Source: Heterodontus francisci
Taxonomy: Eukaryota
Direction: 5' to 3'
Length of the DNA: 64,000 nucleotides
NCBI RefSeq assembly: GCF_036365525.1
Contig: NC_090399.1
Coordinates: forward strand, 54,592,430 to 54,656,429
The position numbers and the translations under genes are program-made. How positions within the stretch are numbered: the stretch's first letter is position 1; every line of letters starts with the position of its first letter. The notes beneath the pieces are model-generated. The model worked only from the letters and a program-made list of their open reading frames with translations. It was not told where the DNA came from and ran no database searches. Below are positions 10,656-23,749 of the stretch, one piece after another.

Positions 10656-12258
10656 GAGTCGTACAGCATAGAAACAGGCCCTTCGGCCCACCGTGTCCGT
10701 GCCGACCATAATGCCTATCATTACTAATCCCACCTGCCTGCATTAATTCCATATCCCTCCATGTCTTACTCATTCAAATACCTGTTCAGATGCCTCTTAA
10801 ATGTTGCTACTGTTCCTGCCTCCACCACCTCCTCTGGCAGTTCATTCCAGATACCCACTATTCTTTGTGTGAAAAATTTAACCCCTTTGATCCCCTTTAA
10901 ACCTCCTCCCTCTCACCTTAAATCTATGCCCTCTCGTTTTAGTCACCCCTACTATGGGAAACAGACTCTGGCTATCTACCTTATCTATGCCTCTCATAAT
11001 TTTATACCTCTATCATGTCCCCTCTCAGCCTCCTTCGCTCCAGGGAACACAGTCCCAGCCTTTCCAATCTTTCTTGATAACTCAAGCCCTCCATACCAGG
11101 CAACATCCTTGTGAATCTTTTCTCCACCCTCTCTACCTTAATCACATCTTTCCAGTAGTGCAGCGACCGGAACTACACACGTTACCCCACATGCGGCCTA
11201 ACCAACATGATGTACAACTGTGACATGACATCCCAACTCTTGTACCCAGTGCCTCGGCCGATGAAGGCAAGCATGCCATACGCCTTCTTCACCACCCTGT
11301 CTACCTGTGTTGCCACTTTCAGGGAACTATGTACTTGCACCCCAAGGTCTCTCTGCTCAACAACACTTCCCAGGGCCCAGCCTTTCACTGTATATGTCCT
11401 GCCCAGGTTTAACTTCCCAAAATGCATCACTTCACACTTGTCTGCGTTAAATTCCATTTGCCAATTTCTTGCCGTCTTTCCCAGTTTATCTATATCCTGT
11501 TGTAACCTCAGACAACCTTCTTCACTGTCCACTATACCATCAATTTTGGTGTCATCTGTAAACTTACTAATCATGTCCCCAACATTCACATCCAAGTCAT
11601 TAATATATTTGACAAACAACAGAGGGCCCAGCACCGATCGCTGCAGCACACCACTGGTCACCGGCCTCCAATCTGAAAAACAACCCTCCACTACCATCCT
11701 CTGCTTCCAATCAACAAATCAATTTTGAATCCAGTTGGCTAGCTCACCCTGGATCCCATGTGTTCGAACCTTTTGGACCAGCCTACCACGCAGGTCCTTG
11801 TCAATGGCCTTGCTACAGTCCATGTAGACAACATCCACCGCCCTGCCCTCGTCAATCCTCTTGGTCACCTCCTAAAAAAACTCAGTCAAATTCATGAGAC
11901 ATGATTTCCCACGCACAAAGCCATGCTGACTATCCCTAACTATACCTAACTATCCATGACTATACCTTGCCTTTCCAAATGCACATAAATCCTGTCTCTC
12001 AGAATCCCTTCCAATAACTTTCCCACCACTGATGTAAAGTTCACCGGCCTATAGTTCCCTGGCATATCCCTGCTGCCCTTCTTAAATAAAGGCACAATAT
12101 TAGCTATCCTCTAGTCTTCCGGTACCTCATCCGTGGCTAACGATGAGACATAAATCTCTGCCAGGGCCCCAGCAACCTCCTCCCTTGCTTCCAAAAGCAT
12201 CCTCGGATACACCTGGTCAGGCCCTGGAGATTTATCCATCCTAATGCGCTTCAAATCA
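10648..12258 (-). mobile_element. 5'-truncated CR1
   Basis: ORF 11182..11697 GVLQRSVLGPLLF...KFTDDTKI; tail at 10648-10665. Confidence 0.9.
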
Positions 12259-12448
12259 TTGTCCCATCCACCACTGACTGCTCTTCACTTCCCCATGCAA
12301 GTTACTCACTGCTTCCCTGATAGAGATACAGACACTGACTCATTCTGAGTATCGATCCAAAGACAATGAAACTGCTGGGAAATGGTCCGTGCCAATAATC
12401 ACTCGGTGTTTATGTAGAATTTTGTGATGAGTGCGAGAGAGTGGTCTA

Positions 12449-12870
12449 CCCAGATACAGGAATGTGAGGGAAGGGTTAGACAGACTTCTCCATGTACAAG
12501 AATGTGACAGAGGGGTTTACTGGGGTGTCCCCAGGTACAGGAGAGGGACAGAGGATTTAGAGTGGCAGCCCCAGATACTGGAGTGAGAGACAGCAGTTAG
12601 AGAGATCTCTGCAGATACAGGAGTGTGAGTGAGGGGTTCGTGGGTCCTCACCAGATACAGCGGAGTGGGAGAGGTGTTAGAGGGGTCTCCAAAGATACAG
12701 GAAATGTGTTAAAGGTATCTTACAGAAACAGGCGTGTGAGAGAAGGGTTAGAGTGACCACCCCAGAAAGAGGAGTGTGAGAGACGGATTATAGATTCCTG
12801 CCCAGAAACAGGAGAGTGACTGAGGGGTTAGAGGGTCCTCCCCAGGTACAGGAGTGGGAGACGGGGCCTC
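12449..12870. repeat. About 40-bp degenerate tandem repeat, about 10 copies
   Basis: Consensus close to CCCCAGATACAGGAGTGTGAGAGAGGGGTTAGAGGGTCT. Confidence 0.8.
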
Positions 12871-13166
12871 CGACCCGAGTTTCTGTCCAACAACACCGCA
12901 GGCAGGAAGCACAGTCTCCAAATATTGCCCTTTATAAATGTTACATCTTAACCTCTTAATGTGAGGTCCCACTGTTCAATGTCCCTCACCTCCCAATGTC
13001 TCCACATATTTTTCTTCTCCATTGTAACTGGGAACTAAGCATTTTCCAGATTCATAGAAGAGGAATATCGGGCCTTGTGTCACATCCAATGATTCCTCCT
13101 CCTGTCATTGTCTGATGTAAAGCTGGACATTGTCCCTGCTCTCCTGATCATTATATATACACTAAC

Positions 13167-13348
13167 CATCTGTCAGATCAGCAGGATGCATGGGGCCAGC
13201 TTCCACAAGAAGATAAATGACATTCCCCACCTCCTCCATTAACCTCAGGGTGTCGTCACTCTCTCCAACTGTCTGTCCAACATTTAGATCTGGATGAGAC
13301 AGAAGTTTCTCCAGATAAATGTCGGCCAACTGACTCCGTCCTCTTTGA
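13167..13348 (-). pseudogene. Candidate orphan exon, weakly ankyrin-repeat-like
   Basis: Open frame QRGRSQLADIYLEKLLSHPDLNVGQTVGESDDTLRLMEEVGNVIYLLVEAGPMHPADLTD; donor GATG|GTTAGT; T-rich but atypical GAG acceptor. Confidence 0.25.
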
Positions 13349-13459
13349 CTCGCACAAACACGAACACAATCCCTGCCCCTGGAATGGTTGATGGGACAGT
13401 GAAGAAGGAGCTTTACTCTGTACCTAACCCGGGCTGTACCTGCTCTGGAAGGATTAACA

Positions 13460-15302
13460 GACCGCTCCACACTCCCAAGCCCCCTCAACACCCGCAGTGA
13501 GGGGCGTCTCGGGGGCTTCGGCTACTCCTCCACCCGTCGATCCATCCCCAGAGCCGGCCACACAGACAACCAGAGCCCCCTCCTCCGCCGGCAGGGAAGC
13601 ACCCTGACTGGAGGTGACCATGTTCCAGACTCTGAATAGATCCCAGTAAAAGTCAGGCAACTCCCTTCGAGAGGCATGGCTAATGTTTGCTACCGGGAGC
13701 TGTCTGTCATCTTGAAGGCTGGCGGAAAAAATACATCGCCAGTGCACATCATCTGGGAGGACGATCGACGTACAGGTGTCTCTGTAGGGTCCAAAGGCGC
13801 GGAGTCACAGTCTGGTTCCAGACCAGCAGCTGAGCACCCTCCTCAATCAGGAGACGCAGGACTGTGGTAGAGACCCAGTGTTTCCTCTTGCCCCAGCAGA
13901 AATAGACGAGCTTCTTCTGCATGTTGGTGAAAAATGCAGGGGGCAGTACCAAAGTGACCAACCGGTACCACAGGATTGAGGACACCAGCTGATTTAATAC
14001 CAGTACCCAGCACCTGAAGGAAAGCACTCTGAGCAGTCCTGTCCAGTGCCCTAGCAGAGCTGGGAGTTTCACCTCCAACTCCAGCCAGTTTCTGGTCAGG
14101 CTTCCTCAACGGGGCTCAGGTGGACTCCCAGATAGAGGAAGTGCGTGGTTAACTCCTCCGGCAGGGAATCCACCCACCACTGACGCACCAGGAGTCTGGA
14201 ATATTTCTCCCAATTGCTCCTCAGAGAGGATGCGGCAGAAATGGTTTGATAGTACTCGGGCATCCTCTGCAAGTCAATGGGATCTGTGACCATGAGGAGC
14301 ACGTAATCGATGTAAGCCGAGAGGACGACCCGCATGCCTGACCCATGCAGAGCCAAACCCACCAACCTCTTACAAAGCAGGCACAGGAATGGCTCCACGC
14401 AGATGGTGTATAATTGGTGGGCATCCCTGACGTACTCATCTGCCAAAGTGAAGGGATGCCAACAAGGACCCGCTGACTCAGCGGCAGCATAGAAAAATCA
14501 GACCCACAACAAATTGCAGCCCGAGTCTGAACGTGCGCAGAATCCCGAAGAAATATTTGTGATCCACCTTGCCGAGTCCCTTCTCCTGATCAAAGGGGAG
14601 AAAGGTGACTGACAAACCAGTCCACTGAGAAAGATGCATCATGTCCAGGACCAGGTGGATTTTGTCCTGGATGGACCGGTCCGGGGGCAAAGATCTTATA
14701 GTCTGTGCTGAGGAGGGAGACCGGACACCAGTTCTCAAGCAGGTGGAGATCACCCCTCTTCAGCCCTGCAGCATGAGAGGGGCATCACCCCGGTCACCAG
14801 GGTTTCCCCCAGGATCTGTACATAATGGTCCCCCCAGGATTTCCCAGAACCCCCTGAGGAAGTCTATGGTCAGCCTGTCAAGCTCTGCAGATTTTCCTGA
14901 TGAGAGCTGCTGGAGGGCGCTGGTCAGCTCTGCCAGCGTTAGCAGAGCCTCCAGTCGAACAGCACCCTCCGGGCTGACCTTTGGCAGGCCCTCTCAGAAA
15001 ACTCTGCAGGCATCCTCTGGGCAGATCCAGAGAGAACAATGTGCTGTAATAAGTATGGACCAAAAAGCCCATTCCCTCCGGATCTGTGACGGAGGTTCCA
15101 TCATCAGCCAGCAGCTTGACCATGACACCAACTGCATGGAGGCCATCGAGACACACGAAACATATGCCTACAAAATGTAGAGGTTGTCAATTCAGGAACC
15201 TCCTCCTCCAGACCTGCAGCTGAAGGTACTGGAGTCGGGATCGAGATTCCACCAGACGTTCACCAAGGCGAGGGTGCTGATCAGTTCCCTCAACTTCTCC
15301 AA
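13460..15302 (-). mobile_element. Degenerate Tx1-clade ORF2 (endonuclease/RT)
   Basis: LVLNQLVSSILWYRL, CVEPFLCLL, LSAYIDYVLL, SIQDKIHLVLD peptides. Confidence 0.8.
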
Positions 15303-15889
15303 GGCAGTTACAGCAAGTGTTAGATGAAGTAATGCTCATTCTACACGTCCCCATCAACGACTCTTCAAAACATAGATTTTTATGAAAGAACAGGATTCTG
15401 CTGCATTGCCGCCTGCACATGGAGTGTTAGATTCCCTGTACACTTTTCCATCAAACACTCACAGGGCAGCTACAGCTCTGATTGGTTGGTGAATTTGGAG
15501 CATTTCCTGTCTACAATCAGGTGAAACAGCTGCACCTGTGCAGACTGGTGGGAGTTGAAACATTTACAACATGCAAGTGTGGAACTGATTCCATCCATTG
15601 CAGAGAAACAGGATCTGCGAGTTATTTTGGAGAGGTGGGTGTTGGAGCACTGAAGAACTGTTTTGCTTGGACTGTTGGGGGAGGGAGGAGATGCGGAATA
15701 TCCAGGGGTGGGGCACAAAGATTCTCTAGAGAGCCCCCGTATTTGCTCTCGTGCTTTCCTCCATCTGGAACAAATGGAGCACCCTCCCCACCCCAACCGC
15801 ATGGCTCAGGACAGCTGGAGCCACCTGGGTGAAGAAAGTCTTTGTCAGAACAGCAGAAAGTGGAAAGAACCGGACAGCTCCAGCCGACC
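15303..15889. repeat. Duplicated segment P, copy A (CCAAT-containing)
   Basis: Same orientation as 30781-31365, inverted relative to 25151-25754. Confidence 0.9.
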
Positions 15890-17003
15890 AGATTTCCAGG
15901 GTGAGCTAGCAAATTCGATACAAAATTGGCTTGGTGATCGGAGGCAGAGGGTGGTAGTGGAGGGTTGTTTTTCAGATTGGAGGGTGGTGACCAGTGGTGT
16001 GCTGCAGGGATCGATGCTGTGCCCTCTGTTGTTTGTCATATCAATTAATGACTTGGATGTGAATGTAGGGGACATGATTAGTAAGTTTACAGATGACACC
16101 AAAATTGGTGGGACAGTGGACAGTCAAGAAGGTTGTCTGAGGTTACAACAGGATATGGATAAACTGGGAAAGTGGGCAAGGGATTGGCAAATGGAATTTA
16201 ATGCAGACAAGTGCGAAGTGATGCATTTTGGGAAGTTAAACCTGGGCAAGATATGTGCAGTGAATGGCAGGGCCCTGGGAAGTGTTGTTGAGCAGAGAGT
16301 CCTTGGGGCACAAGTACATAGTTCCCTGAAAGTGGCAACACAGGTAGACAGGATGGTGAAGAAGGCGTATGGCATGCTTGCCTTCATCGGCCGAGGCATT
16401 GAGTACAAGAGTTGGGATGTCATGTTAAGTTGTACATAACGTTGGTTAGGCCACATTTGGAGTACTGTGTGCAGTTCTGGTTGCCGCACTGGAGGGAAGA
16501 AGTGATTAAGCTAGAGAGGGTGCAGAAAAGATTCACAAGGATGTTGCCTGGTATGGAGGGCTTGAGTTGTAAAGAGAGATTGGAAAGGCTGGGTCTTTTT
16601 TCCCTGGAGCGAAGTAGTCTGAGAGGGGACATGATAGAGGTATATAAAATTATGAGAGGCATACATAGGTTAGATAGCCAGAGTCGGTTGCCCATGGTAG
16701 GGGTGACTAAAACTAGAGGGCAAAGATTTAAGGTGAGAGGGAGGAAGTTTAAAGGGGATCAAAGGGGTAAATTTTTCACATAAAGAATAGTGGGAATCTG
16801 GAATGAGCTGCCAGAGGAGGTGGTGGAAGCAGGAACAGCAGCAACATTTAAGAGGCATCTGGACAGGTACTTGAATGAGCAAGGCACAGAAGGATATGGA
16901 ATGAATGCAGGCTGGTGGGATTAGTATAGAAAGGCATTATGGTCAGCATGGACACAGTGGGTCAAAAGCCCTGTTTCTATGCTGTCCGACTCTATGACCC
17001 TGT
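15890..17003 (+). mobile_element. 5'-truncated CR1 inserted between segment P and a Tx1 5' UTR
   Basis: ORFs 15663..16439 and 16412..16783; GACC on both sides; empty site visible at about 31362. Confidence 0.9.
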
Positions 17004-17256
17004 GACCCGGGCAAAGAATTCCCCACCGCCCCCCACTGGAAGATTGAGCTTTTTGTACTATTTCCAGTCGGGTGCTCCAACCACCTGTTCAAGAGGAACA
17101 TCCTTGCAGTCTTTCTCTCCCTTCCACGACTCAGCCACCTATCCTCTCCTTTTCCATTTCCTTTCCACCCCTATCTCCTCTACACCCACCCCCCATCATA
17201 TCCTTTAACGTTTTAAAAAATCTGCTATTTGCTTTGTTTCTCGGGTGGGTCTGGCT

Positions 17257-20200
17257 CTGCTGTGCAGAAGGGCGGGAAAAAGAGTGGAAGGGCTATAGTC
17301 ATAGGGGATTCGATTGTAAGGGGAGTAGATAGGCGGTTCTGTGGTCGAAAATGAGACTCCCGAATGGTCTGTTGCCTCCCAGGTGCACGGGTCAGGGATG
17401 TCTCAGATCGGCTGCAGAACATTCTGAAGGGGGAGGGTGAACAGCCAGTTGTCGTTGTGCACATAGGCACCAATGATATAGGTAAAAAAACGGGATGAGG
17501 TCCTACAAGCAGAATTTAGGGAGTTAGGAGCCAAGTTAAAAAGTAGGACCTCAGAGGTAGTAATCTCAGGATTGCGACCAGTGCCACGTGCTAGTCAGAG
17601 TAAAAATGAAAAAATAGTCAGGATGAATGCGTGGCTTGAGAGATGGTGCAGGAGGGAGGGGTTCAGATTTTTGGGACATTGGGACCGGTTCTGGGGGAGG
17701 TGGGACTATTACAAATTGGACGGTCTACACTTGGGTCGGACTGGAACCAATGTTCTTGGGGGTGCTTTTGCTAACGCTGTTGGGGAGGATTTAAACTAAT
17801 GTGGCAGGGGGATGGGAACCAAATGAGGAGGTCAGTGGACAGTAAGGAGGTAGTAACTAAAGCCTGTAAGGAACTAGAGAATGAAGTCAGCGTGACTAAG
17901 AGGAAGAGTAGGCAGGGAGCAGATGATGAATGCAAAGGGACTGGTGGTCTGAGGTGCATTTGTTTTAATGCAAGAAGTGTAGTAGGTAAGGCAGATGAAC
18001 TTAGGGCTTGGATTAGTACCTGGGAGTATGATGTTATTGCTATTACTGAGACTTGGTTGAGGGAAGGGCATGATTGGCAACTAAATATCCCAGGATATCG
18101 ATGCTTCAGGCGGGATAGAGAGGGAGGTAAAAGGGGTGGAGGAGTTGCATTACTGGTCAAAGAGGATATCACAGCTGTGCTGAAGGAGGGCACTATGGAG
18201 GACTCGAGCAGTGAGGCAATATGGGCAGAACTCAGAAATAGGAAGGGTGCGGTAACAATGTTGGGGCTGTACTACAGGCCTCCCAACAGCGAGCGTGAGA
18301 TAGAGGTACAAATATGTAAACAGATTATGGAAAGATGTAGGAGCAACAGGGTGGTGGTGATAGGAGATTTTAATTTTCCCAACATTGACTGGGATTCACT
18401 TAGTGTTAGAGGTCTAGATGGAGCAGAATTTGTAAGGAGCATCCAGGAGGGTTTTCTCGAGCAGTATGTAAATAGTCCAACTCGGGAAGGGGCCATACTG
18501 GACCTGGTGTTGGGAAATGAGCCCGGCCAGGTTGTTGAAGTTTCAGTAATGGACTACTTTGGGAATAGTGATCACAATTCCGTAAGTTTTAGAATACTCA
18601 TGGACAAAGACGAGAGTGGTCCTAAAGGAAGAGTGCTAAATTGGGGGAAGGCCAACTATACCAAAATTTGGCAGGAGCTGGGGAATGTAGATTGGGAGCA
18701 GCTGTTTGAAGGTAAATCCACATTTGAAATTTGGGAGGCTTTTAAAGAGAGGTTGATTAGCGTGCAGGAGAGACATGTTCCTGTGAAAATGAGGGATAGA
18801 AATGGCAAGATTAGGGAACCATGGATGACAGGTGAAATTGTGAGACTAGCTAAGAGGAAAAAGGAAGCATACATAAGGTCCAGGCGGCTGAAGAAAGACA
18901 CAGCTTTGGTCCTACATTCCCGATATTCTTCCAATCTGAAACGAGGTATTAAGAGAGTTAAAAGGGGTCATGAAATATCTTTAGCAAACAGGGTTAAGGA
19001 AAATCCCAAAGCCTTTTATTCATATATAAGGAGCAAGAGGGTAACGAGAGAAAGGATTGGCCCACTCAAGGACAAAGGAGGAAAATTATGCGTGGAGTCA
19101 GAGAAAATGGGTGAGATTCTAAACTAGTTCTTTGCATCGGTATTCACCGAGGAGAGGGACATGACGGATGTTGAGGTTCGGGACAGATGTTTGATTACTC
19201 TTGGTCAAGTCGGCATAAGGAGTGAGGAAGTGTTGGGTATTCTAAAAGGCATTAAGGTGGACAAGTCCCCAGGTCCGGATGGGATCTATCCCAGGTTACT
19301 AAGGGAAGCGAGAGAGGAAATAGCTGGGGCCTTAACAGATATCTTTGCAGCATCCTTAAACACGGGTGAGGTCCCGGAGGACTGGAGAATTGCTAATGTT
19401 GTCCCCTTGTTTAAGAAGGATAGCAGGGATAATCCAGGTAATTATAGACCGGTGAGCCTGACATCAGTGGTAGGGAAGCTGCTGGAGAAGATACTGAGGG
19501 ATAGGATCTATTCCCATTTGGAAGAAAATGGGCTTATCAGTGATAGGCAACATGGTTTTGTGCAGGGAAGGTCATGTCTTACCAACTTAATAGAATTCTT
19601 TGAGGAAGTGACAAAGTTGATTGATGAGGGAAGGGCTGTAGATGTCACGTACATGGACTTCAGTAAGGCGTTTGATAAGGTTCCCCATGGTAGGTTGATG
19701 GAGAAAGTGAAGTCGCATGGGGTCCAGGGTGTACTAGCTGGATGGATAAAGAACTGGCTGGGCAACAGGAGACAGAGAGTAGCAGTGGAAGGGAGTTTCT
19801 CAAAATGGAGACATGTGACCAGTGGTGTTCCACAGGGATCCGTGCTGGGACGACTGTTGTTTGTGATATACATAAATGATTTGGAGGAAAGTATAGGTGG
19901 TCTGATTAGCAAGTTTGCAGACGACACTAAGATTGGTGGAGTAGCAGATAGTGAAGGGGACTGTCAGGGAATACAGCAGAACGTAGATAGATTGGAGAGT
20001 TGGGCAGATGGAGTTCAATCCGGGCAAATGCGAGGTGATGCATTTTGGATGATCCAATTCAAGAGTGAACTATACAATAAATGGAAAAGTCCTGGGGAAA
20101 ATTGATGGACAGAGAGATTTGGGTGTTCAGGTCCATTGTTCCCTGAAGGTGGCAACGCAGGTCAATAGAGTGGTCAAGAAGGCATACGGCATGCTTTCCT

Positions 20201-20825
20201 TCATCAAACGAGGTATTGAGGACAAGAGTTGGCAGGTCATGTTACAGTTGTATAAGACTTTGGTTCGGCCACATTTGGAATACTGCGTGCCGTTCTGGTC
20301 GCCACATTACCAAAAGGATGTAGATGCTTTGGAGAGGGTGCAGAGGAGGTTCACCAGGATGTTGCCTGGTATGGAGGGCGCTAGCTATGAAGAGGCGTTG
20401 AGTAGATTCGGATTATTTTCATTAGAAAGACGGAGGTTGAGGGGGGACGTGATTGAGGTGTATAAAATCATGAGAGATATAGACAGGGTGGATAGCAAGA
20501 AGCTTTTTTCCCCCAGAGTGGGGGATTCAATTACTGGGGGTCACCTTTCAAAGTGAGAGGGGAAAAGTTTAGGGGGGATATGCATGGAAAGTTCTTTACG
20601 CAGAGGGTGATGGGTGCCTGGAACGCGTTGCCAGCGGAGGTGGTAGACGCGGGCACGATAGCGTCTTTTAAGATGTATCTAGACAGATACATGAATGGGC
20701 AGGAAGCAAAGAGATACAGACCCTTAGAAAATAGGCGACATGTTTAGATGGAGGATCTGGATCGGCGCAGGCTTGGAGGGCCGAAGGGCCTGTTCCTGTG
20801 CTGTAATTTTCTTTGTTCTTTTCTT
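17257..20825 (+). mobile_element. Relatively young near-full-length CR1 (ORF1 esterase C-terminus plus ORF2 APE-RT), with stops and frameshifts
   Basis: ORF1 GDS...VHIGTND...DGLHL; ORF2 17799..19127 (ITETW, GDFN, SDH) and 19161..20105 (QHGF, DFSKAFD, FADD); TTCT-type tail. Confidence 0.95.
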
Positions 20826-22529
20826 CGACCCCATTGCAAGCCCCTCTTTACTGGTGACGGGGCCTTCTCACACATATGCTGCTGCTGCTGCAGCTGCACC
20901 TGTTGCCCTGTCACCATTTACGCTGTTAACATCAAAGCATGGGGTCGAGAGCTACGTCCACCCCAATAAGTCAATAGAGGCACGTGTAAAAGCAATGGCT
21001 GAGGTTGTCGGTCCGTCGGCCATTGTTGCTGTCTTGAAAATATATGGGAGACCATGTTACTCCTGAATAGCGATTGGGCGGTGTTCCTGGCCCTGAGCAA
21101 GGGTCACTGTGGGTGGGACCTTTCTGGCAGTGGACTCCCTCGAGGCCACTGAGCAGCAGGTCACCTTGTCAAATGTCCCTTCATTCATGGTGAACTCCTC
21201 CTTCCACACTTGCACCATCTGGGGGAGATAAAGACAGGGCTTACCCCAGTCCCATTCGGTCTTCGGGAGAACTGCCTCCGGCATGTATACTCCTTCCGCT
21301 GCCAACTCTTTATGCAGCTGGCGCGGGAGGAAGTCACGGAAGGTCAATTTGATGTGGGGTTCCAGGGAGTGGCCTACCGTTTCCTCTGGACCTCGAGTGG
21401 GACGCGGTGTCACGCCTCTAAGTGGGTGGGACATGTTCGTAAGAGCGACCTCAACCTCCAGGCTGCTAACTTTACCTCGGCGGCACAGAGTGGAGCTGCT
21501 GCACCTCCCCCAATTCCCCCGACACCTGCAACAGCAGCCACTCGGGTGGTTCTGGAGGCCGTGGTTTTCACAGCCTCCGATAGGGATGGGGAGACCCGTC
21601 CAGGTGGAAGGAAGGCACGGTGCAAGTCAAAACACCCAAAGGTGCGCCACCTGGACACAAAACAACAACCTGAGCCAGGCCCGAGACAGGGGAGCCCACC
21701 TGTCCTGTGGCTGAGCTTGGGCCCAAGGGATCTGGGCAGGTCGCCAACACAGCCAAGCCTCAGTGGAGAAGTTGTGGGAACTGATCAGCTCCGTCAACTT
21801 GGTGGACGTCTGGCGCAATCTGCATCCCGACTCCAGCGCTTTCACCTGGAGGTCAGGAGGAGGAGGGTCCCAAATCGGCCGCCTCTGCACTTTGTCTCGC
21901 TGGCCTCCCTGCGGTTGGTGCCGTGCTCGGATCACCGCCTGGTGTGGGCGGAGCTCACTCCACTCTGCACACAAGCAGGGTCCTTATACTGGCACTTAAC
22001 AACCGGCCCCTGGAGGACAAGTGATTTCCGCACTCAGTCTGTCGATTCTGGGCCGACTGGAGAAGGAAGCAGGGGGGCTTCCCCTCCTTGAGGCAGTGGT
22101 GGGGTGTGGGCAAGACTCAAATCCGTGTCTTCAGTCAGGAGTAGGCAAAGCGGGTCGAAAAGAGGTGGGAAGCTGGGATCAGGCTCCTGGAGAGGGTGGT
22201 ACTCGACTTGAAGTCCTGTCTCAGTCAGGCCGTCATGGTCCCAGCCCTGTTGGAGGGGTACAAAGAGAGGAAGGACACGCTGAGGGACTTACAGCTCGTC
22301 GGGTCCAGAGGCAAGTACGTGAGGTCGCGGAACCAGACCTTGGAGATCAGGACCGCGCCTCACCCTTCATTGACATGTTGGAAAATGGCGGGGCGTCTGG
22401 AAGCAGCTCGTTGAGCTGCTGGCCGACAACGGATATTCCGATATGAATCCAAAGGGAATGGGCCTCTTGGTCCATACCTATTACATCACGTTGTTCTCTC
22501 TGGATCCGTCCTTTGAGGACGCATGCAGA

Positions 22530-22745
22530 GTTTTATTTAGAGATTCAGCACTGAAACAGGCCCTTCGGCCCACCGAGTCTGTGCCGACCAACAACCACCC
22601 AAATCTTTGGCTGTGGGAGGAAACCGGAGCACCCAGCGAAAACCCACGTGGTCACAGGGAGAACTTGCAAACTCCATACAGGCAGTACCCAGAATCGAAC
22701 CCGGGTCCCTGGAGCTGTGAGGCTGTGGTGCTAACCACTGCACCG
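22530..22745 (-). mobile_element. HE1-type SINE, internally deleted
   Basis: Reverse complement of the SINE at 41660. Confidence 0.85.
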
Positions 22746-23225
22746 CCTTTGTGGGAGGACCTGCTGAAGATCAGCCCGGAGGACACCAAAATATTGGAGG
22801 CTCCATCTGCATTGGCGGAACTGACCGGCGACCTTCACCTGCTCTCGAGGGGCAAATCCCCGGGGCTGACCGTTGAGTTGCTCAGGGCATTCTGGGACTT
22901 CCTGGGGTGTGACTACGCTCCGGTCCTTGGGCGGTGTGAGGGGAAAGCACAGCAATCGGGGAGATGCCCCTCTCGTGGCGCAGTGTGGTCATCGTCCTGC
23001 TGTCAAAATAGGGTGATTTCCGCTTGCTTAAGAACTGGCGTCCGGTCTCCCTCCTCAGCACAGATTATAAGATCTTTGCCCGGGCTGTGTCTACTCACCT
23101 CGGTTCCGTGCTGACTCATATGATCCACGCTGACCAGTCCTACACGGTCCCGGGCCGGTCCATCCAGGACAACATCGACCTGGTCTGGGACCTGATCCGT
23201 CATTCCTAGAGGACTTGTCTCTCTC

Positions 23226-23730
23226 CCTGATTTCCCCCCCCTCGCGCGCTCTCCCCGATTTACCCCCCCCTCGCGCGCTCTCCCCGATTTACCCCCCCCC
23301 TCGCGCGCTCTCCCCGATTTACCCCCCCCTCGCGCGCTCTCCCCGATTTACCCCCCCCGCGCGCTCTCCCCGATTTACCCCCCCCCTCGCGCGCTCTCCC
23401 CGATTTACCCCCCTCGCCCGCGCTCCCCGATTTACCCCCCCTCGCCCGCGCTCCCCGATTTACCCCCCTCGCCCGCGCTCCCCGATTTACCCCCCCTCGC
23501 CCGCGCTCCCCGATTTACCCCCCCTCGCCCGCGCTCCCCGATTTACCCCCCCTCGCCCGCTCTCCCCGATTTACCCCCCCCTCGCCCGCTCTCCCCGATT
23601 TACCCCCCCTCGCCCGCTCTCCCCGATTTACCCCCCCCTCGCCCGCTCTCCCCGATTTACCCCCCCCCCTCGCCCGATTTACCCCCCCCTTGCCCGCTCT
23701 CCCCGATTTACCCCACCCCCTCGCGCGCTC
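23226..23730. repeat. C-rich minisatellite, about 26-28-bp unit (CCCCCCTCGCCCGCTCTCCCCGATTTA), about 19 copies
   Basis: Direct inspection; explains the Pro-rich ORF 23215..23817. Confidence 0.9.
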
Positions 23731-23749
23731 TCCCTCTCTGTTTTCCCCA

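Larger units (their letters stand above)
17004..23220 (+). mobile_element. Degenerate Tx1-clade LINE (5' UTR, ORF1, ORF2 pieces), interrupted by a CR1 and a SINE
   Basis: 5' UTR shared with 31365-31650; ORF1-like FTLLTSKHGVESYVHP and decayed knuckle RCHASKWVGHVRKS; EN LVDVWRNLHPD...CSDH; RT KNWRPVSLLSTDYKIFAR. Confidence 0.8.

Noticed and set aside
17799-20720. Active CR1 ORF2
   Set aside because: In-frame stop at 19125-19127 and frameshifts near 20000 and 20550
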